A stretch of DNA of 63,727 nucleotides, the filler included, from Collodictyon triciliatum (taxonomy: Eukaryota): NCBI GenBank assembly GCA_043381765.1. It is 9 parts of 9 records of this genome, joined end to end, with 100 filler letters (N's around TTAATTAATTAA, not from the genome) between each part and the next. Parts side by side here need not be neighbours in the genome. Positions count along the whole stretch, not along the records: positions 29,749 to 37,421 come from JBHJMP010003792.1; positions 37,522 to 45,190 come from JBHJMP010003793.1; 7 more parts are not named here. One strand, 5' to 3'. Positions 29,845-39,180 of this stretch are shown here, piece by piece (position 1 is the first letter of the stretch; every line of letters begins with the position of its first letter). Below the pieces are notes generated by a model that saw only the letters and a program-made list of their open reading frames with translations, did no database searches and was not told where the DNA came from. The position numbers were made by a program, and so were the translations under genes.

Positions 29845-30555
29845 TTTCTTTTTACTTGAGAGCAACTCAAGATAGTTGCCTCGAGATGGACATTACCCTT
29901 GGGCCAAGCAGAAGAGCACGGCGAGGATTGGGAGAGGCAGGTATCCTGTCATGGGTTTCCAAGGCTTTGTTTCCTGTGGGTGAATACAAGATACTATGTC
30001 AATACGCAAACTTAGGGCGACTCCGATTCCATCAGGTGTTTGTGTCGACGCCGCGAGTTGTGATCCAACGAGCGATCTTTTATGGATTTTGAAGCAAGCG
30101 TGTCGGATCGCAGGCAGCCGAGCGCTGTCCGACCTGCGCATGGTTTTTCATAGAATGTATCTATTTATAGAAAAATATTTAATTAGACCAATTGAATGAC
30201 TATAATTGGAATATCATCATCTGTAACTGAATCCGTTGCTCCTGACTAAATTACAGCATCAACTTTCTTGTGGAGTAGCATTCATCTGCAACTTATATAC
30301 ATATGTAATATTTAAATATAATTATCAACCGATTATGAATCTTGATTCGACATAGAAAACATCAAATATGTTATATAATAATACCCAGAATTAGAAAATC
30401 CTAAATTCTGAACCTGTATGGGAAACTTTCCATAAAGGTGTCGCGTTTGATCCTGCCTGCTTCCAGAAGCAATCAGAAACTCATCCACACAACCATCGTC
30501 AAGGCAACGGACTCGACAACTGAAGCCCCGGAGGCTCTGCCTCAATGTCGAAGAG

Positions 30556-30785
30556 GAGAGAGAGTGAGTGAGAAAGCGAGTGAGAAAGTGAGTGAGAAAG
30601 TGAGAGAGAGAGTGAGAAAGTGAGTGAGAAAGTGAGTGAGAAAGTGAGTGAGAAAGTGAGTGAGAGAGTGAGAGAGTGAGAGAGTGAGAGAGCGAGTGAG
30701 AAAGTGAGTGAGAGAGCGAGTGAGAAAGTGAGTGAGAGAGTGAGTGAGAAAGTGAGTGAGAGAGTGAGAGAGTGAGTGAGAGAGT
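30556..30785. repeat. (AGTGAGTGAGAA)n-like 12-mer tandem upstream of ERD2
   Basis: Seen directly. Confidence 0.88.
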
Positions 30786-30949
30786 CTTATCTTGCTTTCT
30801 ATTTCTTTTCCTCCTCAAAATCTCATCTCGATCCGAGAGTTTCACTAGCAATTATCAATATCCTCTTTAACTTAAAGCAAAAAAAAACCCACAAACTCCC
30901 CCAAAAAACAAAACAAAACAAAACAAAAAAAAAAAAACAGCCAGAAACG

Positions 30950-32363
30950 ATGAACTTCTTTCGCTTTGTTGGAGACATGATGCACTTATTAAGTGTTCTG
31001 CTGATTTTGTTGAAGATGCAAACGTCACGCTCTTGCAAAGGTCTGTGGTTTTGTCCATTATTTTTTTCTGGGTTCCCATCCGTTCTCCTAATTACCGCCT
31101 TCGTTTGTGTTTAAAGGGCTCTCTCTCAAAAGTCAAGAGTTGTACGCACTCGTCTTTACCACCCGATATTTGGACCTATTCACGCATTACGTCTCTTTCT
31201 ACAACTCGGTCATGAAGGTAAGTAGATAGCCGTCCTAATATTTTTGAAGATCCAAGAAACAAACAAACAAACAAACAAACAAACAAACAAACAAACAAAC
31301 AAACAAACAAACAAACAAACAAACAAACAAACAAAAACATTATCGTATTAAGATTGTGGGTCTTTTCCACCTCTTTAATGATCTTCTTGGGACTATCTGT
31401 ACAAATTCATTTTTTTCAAGTAATGAATACTCATGCCCATTTCAGTGGATATCAACCTTCATCAGTTATAATGACTTGGTTCGAATTGTGGATAGATTTT
31501 TTTCCTTGTCACATCGTACGCGATCGTGTATCTCGTACGGTTCCGATACAGAAACTCATACGACCACGTCAATGACTCTTTTCGCATCGTCTTTGTGATT
31601 GCCCCCTCTCTCATCCTCGCTTTTGTTTGGAACCTAGAATATACCATCATGGAGGTACGAAAAAGATAGGGATGTTGGAATTCATTCAATTCTGTGAAGT
31701 AAATCATCCTTTCTCTCACAGACTAACAAAATCACCCTGTTCAGATTCTATGGGCATTCAGTATCTATCTGGAAGCTATCGCAATGCTGCCACAAATGTT
31801 TATGCTCTCAAGGACGAAAGAAATCGATATTGTTACGTCTCATTACATGGCTGCATTGGGCGGGTACCGTGTGATGTATGTCTTGAACTGGATATATCGG
31901 TATAGTTATTTCCCTTAAATTATAAAATAAAGATACAAAAAAAGATATTCAAAGATAGATAAAAGGGACTCTATCTCGGCCGTGATTGTCTGTTGGGAGC
32001 TGATGCCTATTCTTTCGTTCAGTCGCTGCGTCTTAAACACACTAAAATCTTACTAAACAAGACAGCCCTCATATCTCATTACTGAATACGCAAACCAGGT
32101 ACATGGAGAATGACCCAATCCCTACATTCACATGGGTTTCAGGAGTAATTCAGTCGCTACTTTATTGTGACTTCTTTTATCTTTACTTCCTTGCGTAAGT
32201 CTAGGAACCCTGTGAATCATCCTATAAAAGTGTCACTTATAATCTTTAGTTTCCTCTCGCAATTCATTCACCCTTTCCTATTTACGACATACATGTTTAT
32301 CAGTTACCCACACATTAATTCAATAGGTGGAAGACCGGAAAGAAGATGTCTCTTCCCTTGTAA
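30950..32363 (+). CDS. ERD2: ER lumen protein-retaining (KDEL) receptor, 6 exons, complete
   Basis: [84 protein letters not shown] and KMSLPL*. Confidence 0.96.
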
Positions 32364-32494
32364 TCAAAGTACCGGGGCATCTGAAAAGGCTGATTTTTTT
32401 CTTCACCTTCCTCATTTCTTGCTTTTCTGCTATTGACCACTTAAAGCCCAACACAATGGGGCTGCGCGCGGTGGGATGAAGCACAATAAACTGA

Positions 32495-33039
32495 TTTTTT
32501 TTCTTCTCTTTATTCGATTCAAAGTGCAGCGAGGTATGCCATACAAAGGGGTGAGATAGGTGCGCATGGTAGAGAGCAAACGCGAGTAGGGGAAGACACT
32601 ACTATGGAGAGGGTATCACTGGAAAGAAGTCAGTGATAGCGAGCTGGTCAGGTGGGCGTCCCAACTGGTTGATTGGCTGCGTGAATAGCAGGGGTTGGAT
32701 ATGCTGTGGGAGATATCTTACGACACATTCCCACACCTCTCTTCGCTTGCGGTCAGAGTAGCGAAGAATGCGGGCGTGTTTCAGCAGGCTGTTCAGGAAG
32801 CTGTATTGCACGAGGGTTTCAAGCCTCGGTACATCGATTTCTCGTTCGAGTGAATCATTAGAGCGAGAGAATGCACGCACACTCAATAAGGACCACAGCA
32901 TATGTCCCCTTGTGACTGTCCAGAGTATTCTAGAGCCATGAGTCATTTGGTATTGTGGGCCAAACAGGATGTCTGACGCGCTGAGTCGGTTGGGAGCATA
33001 ATCAAGTTCAAAGTGCGACCACAACCCAAAATCGTTCAA
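32495..33039 (-). mobile_element. 3' fragment of a LINE-like element, copy 1 (ORF C-terminus, 3' UTR, A-rich tail)
   Basis: 145-aa open frame ILFG..LWTVTRGHMLWSLL..YSDRKRREVW..QLAITDFF. The UTR ends TTTGAATCGAATAAAG plus an A-rich tail. Homologous to 34178-34585. No RT core is visible, so LINE identity is inferred. Confidence 0.65.
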
Positions 33040-33565
33040 TGAAGGGTTTAAAAACTATCAGTCACTCATGCATATCCCTTATACTTTTTTTTCTTTTTCT
33101 TTTTTTTTTTTTTATTGCATCATGATATGATATCCATCCTTTTTTGGGCTGTTAAGCGGGGTGAAGTTCGATTATTTTTTCAAGCCCGCAAATTATCTGT
33201 TTATAAATCCCTTCGCTACTTTTTTTTCTGCGCACAAACTTCTATCCAATAATGATTAGAGCTGTGATGATACTTCAGACATCAAAATGGAGGAGTCAGG
33301 TGGGATGAGGAGGTATGATTGTGCTGCAGATCACCAAGAGAGATCAAAACGATCCAGCTGCTCTTGTGAATAGTTCAAATCCTTTTGTACCTTCTTCCTC
33401 ATGTAAAATATGGGACAGTCGCGGCTAGAATCGACAAACAAATTAATCCAGATGCACACGGAATCTTTGGTAAACGAACATAACCCCAATCGTAATTACA
33501 ATCATCATAATTATCGCCACCATCACACACACAAAGAATATCAAGTAGTCGATACTCTCAATTTA

Positions 33566-34177
33566 NNNNNNNNNNNNNNNNNNNNNNNNNNNNNNNNNNN
33601 NNNNNNNNNNNNNNNNNNNNNNNNNNNNNNNNNNNNNNNNNNNNNNNNNNNNNNNNNNNNNNNNNNNNNNNNNNNNNNNNNNNNNNNNNNNNNNNNNNNN
33701 NNNNNNNNNNNNNNNNNNNNNNNNNNNNNNNNNNNNNNNNNNNNNNNNNNNNNNNNNNNNNNNNNNNNNNNNNNNNNNNNNNNNNNNNNNNNNNNNNNNN
33801 NNNNNNNNNNNNNNNNNNNNNNNNNNNNNNNNNNNNNNNNNNNNNNNNNNNNNNNNNNNNNNNNNNNNNNNNNNNNNNNNNNNNNNNNNNNNNNNNNNNN
33901 NNNNNNNNNNNNNNNNNNNNNNNNNNNNNNNNNNNNNNNNNNNNNNNNNNNNNNNNNNNNNNNNNNNNNNNNNNNNNNNNNNNNNNNNNNNNNNNNNNNN
34001 NNNNNNNNNNNNNNNNNNNNNNNNNNNNNNNNNNNNNNNNNNNNNNNNNNNNNNNNNNNNNNNNNNNNNNNNNNNNNNNNNNNNNNNNNNNNNNNNNNNN
34101 NNNNNNNNNNNNNNNNNNNNNNNNNNNNNNNNNNNNNNNNNNNNNNNNNNNNNNNNNNNNNNNNNNNNNNNNNNNNN
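33566..34177. other. Scaffold gap of 612 N
   Basis: Pure N run with no linker. Confidence 0.98.
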
Positions 34178-34657
34178 CATGGCTCTAGAATACTCTGGAC
34201 AGTCACAAGGGGACATATGCTGTGGTCCTTATTAAAAGCGCGCCATCCTCTCGCTCTGATGATTCTATTGAGCGAGAAATCAATGTAGCCAGGCTTGAAA
34301 ACCTCATGCAATACATCTTCCTGAACAGCCTGCTGAAACACGCCCGCATTCTTCGCTACTCTAACCGCAAGCGAAGAGAGATGTGGGGAATGTGTCGTAA
34401 GATATCTCCCACAGCATATCCAACCCCTGCTACCCACGCAGCCAATCAACCAGTTGGGTCGCCCACCTGACCAACTCCCTATCGCTGATTTCTTTCCAGT
34501 TCTAGCCATTCCACAGTAGTGTCTTCTCTCACTCGCGTTTGCTCTTTACCATGCGCTCCCATCCCGCCCCTTTGTATGGCCGTGCTATTTTATTTTTCAT
34601 ACTTGTAATCGAATAGACTATGATTATTTCTCTTTGAATCGAATAAAGGAAAAAAAA
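34178..34657 (+). mobile_element. 3' fragment of the same LINE-like element, copy 2, frameshifted and inverted relative to copy 1
   Basis: Reverse complement of about 32537-32940 with scattered substitutions. Frameshifts near 34243 and 34388. Followed by TTTGAATCGAATAAAGG and an A run. Confidence 0.7.
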
Positions 34658-34763
34658 AGACTGATTATTTCTCGAAAGGCTGAGTTCGAAAGAGTACCTC
34701 GCTTTTAGTACTTCATAAGATAGCAAAGCCATTATCATGATGTAAATCGATGAGGAAGTCAAG

Positions 34764-35231
34764 ATGACGGCGGCTGTTGGCCCAATCCAGGGGATATTTG
34801 GGCCCCTGCAACAGCTGCGTCCAGAGGTAAAAACATTCTGGGCGGTGACGCGAGGCCATTTGTTAGGGACTATGTGGATAGCACGCATATACTCACGCAA
34901 AGCAAGACTCAACAACCAGCCACCCATTCCTGATAACAGGCTGAATGGCATCAAACAAATCTCTTTCCGCAGCAGCTTTCTTCGCCACCTGGACGCTCTC
35001 CATTACTCAGACCCTGTGAGAAGAGACATGTGGAAAGAAGCTGAGAAAGATATTAAACGTCGCCTTGTATCTCTCATGCAAGCACAAGACCCAGGCTACA
35101 GGCCAAACCGCAGGATGCAATTCCTGATTACCGACTACTTCTCCGCCACGCAGCATCAAGTAGCGCCCATGCAAACAAATATCAGTGAACCAAAGCCAAC
35201 ATCTCATCCTCTTACACAATTGAAAGAATAA
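34764..35231 (+). mobile_element. Diverged subfamily of the same ORF C-terminus (copy 3)
   Basis: Shared protein motifs: IFGP, WAVTRGHLL, SF..S.LRH...LHYSDPVRRDMW and QFLITDYF. Confidence 0.6.
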
Positions 35232-36081
35232 TAATAGTAAGCAGAAGATAGCCAGCATCTCCGCCATCCTGCACAAAATTGAAAGGAAGAATAAAAAATA
35301 ATAATAGTAAACAGAAGATACAAATCGAGGCAGCTGGAAGAAATAACAGCGCCAGCGTATGCATTTATTCACCTATATTCCAAACACCTCTTCGGCCTTC
35401 CTGCAGACACACGTGGGCTGGGTAAAGTCTCCGGCAGAGAACACCCTTATCCAAGGGTAAACATGTCCATGGACCGATTGAGTGTCCCTCTGGCGCGTTA
35501 TCTCCCATACGATTTTCTCTCTCCTCCGCGCCCTGTTTGGCCACTTTGTAAAATCAGTTTGAACACACGTTGACAGCAAACACAAAAATTCACGACAAAC
35601 TCATTCCACATACTCTTTTGCACCAGTGAGAATACCGTTTCATAAGTCTACGCACATACGCAAGATGGCAAAGGAAAATGCTACCTTTGTTTTCCTTTTC
35701 CTTTTCTTTCTTAATGTTCCATCCCCTTCTTTTCCCCTCTCTCTCTCCCCCCCCCCTCTACTTTTCTTTCTTTCTCTTTCATTCCCATCCTTTTATTTAT
35801 ATGAACCAAATCGATCTTGTTAGCTTCACCCAAAGTACCCCCACACGCGAACTAATCCTGTGTTGCTGGCAGATCGTTTTGGTTCACTCCTTTATTCCTT
35901 CGGTTTTTTTTCCCACATATTCTCAATTAACCTACAACTTTGTGCCCACCAATTCTTGTTTTTCTGACTCTGTCCAACAATTGTCCTAATGCTGTCGAGT
36001 CACTTTTTACCAGTCTTCGGCACTGGAAACACACTCTTAAAAACACATAGAACTATAGGAGTCAAGAGGGACATAGCCAGA

Positions 36082-37305
36082 ATGGTCGATCCAGTGGAAA
36101 CTAGAGAGCTCTTGTTTAAAGTGATTGTTGTTGGAGATATCGGCACAGGGAAAACATCGCTGATTAAGAGACTCGTCCACAACACATTCTCCTTGCATTA
36201 TAAGTCAACAATATCCTTAAAGACATATATTCACACTATGCTTTGTTTAAACGGCCCAGCCAACATACTTTCTTGAAGAAAGGTTGTATATATTTACTTG
36301 CACTACCGAAAAGTGATTTCTTAAAGTTGTGTGTTTTTTTTTTTAAAAAAAAATTCCTTCATCTTGATAATGCACGCATAAAGGATGATTCTTTATGCAT
36401 GATTTCTTATAATATCATAATTTCCATATCCCATTTTATAAAATATAGCCAAAATCATACCATTTTCCATAACCAAATCCTCTTGCTCTTTCCCTCACTC
36501 ATTTTTGTATATTTCCCCTTCTTCCCCATCAATTATTTCCTTTTCTTCTTATTGATTGATTCAACACGTTGGAGTTGATTTTACGGTCAAGGTTGTTATT
36601 TGGGACCCAAAAACCATTGTAAGACTACAGCTTTGGGACATTGCAGGACAGGAGCGATATGGAACTATGACGAAGGTTTTTTCTTTATTGATTTGTATAT
36701 CTTCATAACATTTGCAACTACCATTATTTTCAATAGATTAGTTGGCATGCGCACAGTTGAATTAACTCATTTGTATATTAAGATTAAATAAAAAATAAGA
36801 GATCGTATGCAGTTTAATTTGAATTGAATATAGTATAAAGAAAGCAACGCACTGCTTTTATATACATATGTAATCCGTTTATGGATATAGGTCTATTACA
36901 GGGAAGCAGTTGGGGCATTCATCGTTTATGATATAACTCGTCCATCCTCGTTTGATGCTGTTGCTAAATGGAAGGCTGACATAGACAGTAGCATTTTTCT
37001 ACCGGGCGAGCGTTCAATACCAACAATCCTTCTGGCAAATAAGGTGAGGGCTATCATACTGGTATTTTAGTATTTTCCTTATTTTTTGCGATGAGGGTAC
37101 AAAAGCAGAAAAAGAATCTCTATTTTTAAAGGCTATTCTCCAAGTTCAATACAAAAATATTTAAGGGGATAATATAAATACATATTTTTGTATCATATTA
37201 AAATAAACATAACGTGTTCTGCCAGGTGGATCTGGCCAATGAAAACATGTCGAGGCCTCCTGAGGAGATGGACAGATTTTGTGAAGAGAATAAGTTTCTT
37301 GCCTG
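36082..37305 (+). CDS. Rab32/Rab38/Rab29-subfamily GTPase; 3' end truncated; first intron is AT-AC
   Basis: ELLFKVIVVGDIGTGKTS, YKST|VGVDF, the subfamily-typical WDIAGQE (I in place of T), VYYREAVGA, KWKADID and LLANKVDL. Confidence 0.92.
36211..36567 (+). other. U12-type (minor spliceosome) AT-AC intron
   Basis: 5' end ATATCCTT, 3' end ...TTGATTCAACAC. Removal restores HYKST-VGVDF in frame. Confidence 0.92.
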
Positions 37306-37329
37306 GTGGGACATGAATTCTTAAATTGC

Positions 37330-37421
<92 letters not shown>

Positions 37422-37521
37422 NNNNNNNNNNNNNNNNNNNNNNNNNNNNNNNNNNNNNNNNNNNNTTAATTAATTAANNNNNNNNNNNNNNNNNNNNNNN
37501 NNNNNNNNNNNNNNNNNNNNN

Positions 37522-37615
<94 letters not shown>

Positions 37616-37686
37616 TATCACTATTATTATTATTATGAATTGTTCTGAACCCTTGGCTAAATTCAACATCTTGTTTATAATATCAG

Positions 37687-39053
37687 TTGAATAATAACCC
37701 AAATATCCTGCCCCATGGCCGACGCCTAATTGTTGAGTTTGCTGGTAAATAAATAAATAATAATAATGACACCTTTTTTTCTTCCTCGTATTGCTGGTCT
37801 TCTCTGATTTATATGCATATGAAATACATCCCTCATCGATGCAATGAATATAGTGGAAGATAGCAGGAAGATTGCAAAGTTTAAAATCAGTACGATGTAC
37901 GGAAAGAATGGTTAGCCAACAAATTAGAATCGAGCTATTCAACTGTTCACTTGATTATTTTTGCTTCTTTTCTTTTCTTTTTTCCAAAAATAATTAATTA
38001 ATTAGAATTTACACATTTCGGAAATTCGATCGTAAATGCACTTTGCGCAAAACATATTCGTCAAGCACATATTCCTTTTTTTTTATGTTGCCTTAAAGCG
38101 AATAGAATTGATTTAGTGTTGATATCGTGGCTATTTGCCGATACACTAAACGCCGGAAATGATTGCAGCAACAGGCAACGCTGTTGCCCAGAATGCAAAC
38201 ACCTCTGCCCAAGCAACATCATCATCATCACCATCAACAACAACAGCAGCAGCAGCAGCAAGCAAAAAGAGAAAATCGCAGCAATCAGAGAATCAGGCAC
38301 GTCTCTACATCTTTTCATCGCACCATTTACAGCAATATCATGTTTGTTCATGTGCGATGAATACATGTTTCAGTATTACACCTTCTTTTTCTCCATCCAT
38401 CCTTTTAAATGCAACCGGCCACGCCCAACCACAAGACGCCCGCGACACCAGCAAAGAAGGCAAAGAAAACGGTAGCACAGAAACAACACCAAAGCCAACC
38501 AAACCCACAACCCACCGTCCTGTTTGAAAGTCAGTCCCACAAACCAGCACGCACTGATCTTCGCCTTCTTTGTTCTCCACAGCGGCCTCAAAAGCCTGCT
38601 GCAAAGTCCCCTGCAAAGACACACACAAAGACAAAGACGCCTGCGAAGCCACAGCATCAGAAAGCAGCCCAGGCCGAGGGCGATTTGGGCCGTGCAGTCG
38701 TGCGTGTTTCTCTTATCGAACCAACACAATCTGAAATCTTCCTCACCACCACCCGTCTGATTCTCTATTCTATCCTATCCTGTTCTATTCTTGTTTTCTT
38801 TCCCACTCAACCCGTCTGCAACGCAGGCCGGAGTCGGAGAAGCCAAGGCCAAGGCCAGGAAGTTCAAGGTAAGCCCACATCCCCACAGAAAACAAGCACT
38901 GCATGTTTTGTTTGCCACAGCAAGAGCGCCGCACAAACCGCCATCCGCCCCCTGCATCAGAAACCGCGGGGGATCAAGCTGGACCAGGAAGACCGCCACC
39001 TCGACGCGCTGGTGCACAAGCACCGAAGCAAGATGCTTGGGCAGCGCAAGTAG
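37687..39053 (+). CDS. RBM28: RBM28/Nop4 nucleolar RRM protein, 3' portion
   Basis: Exons LNNNPNILPHGRRLIVEFA|VEDSRKIAKF match the end of RRM4 of Nop4/RBM28. A basic low-complexity tail ends in DRHLDALVHKHRSKMLG. Exon boundaries within the tail are uncertain. Confidence 0.75.
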
Positions 39054-39180
39054 ACGGGCCGCACGGGAGGCAAGAAGCCGCGACAATAAAGCAACGGCAG
39101 AGCAAGAAACAGGCGGATGTGTGCTGTGCTGTGTTGTGTTGTGTTGTGTTGTGTTGTGGTGTTTGTGTGTGCAGAGAGGT

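Noticed and set aside
29856-30199. Possible decayed retroelement or gene fragment
   Set aside because: Short frames with stops, no recognisable motif and no second copy in the window.
35227-35320. CRISPR-like repeat-spacer-repeat pattern (also at 24568 and 45583)
   Set aside because: Only two repeats each, eukaryotic context and no cas genes; target-site duplication explains them better.
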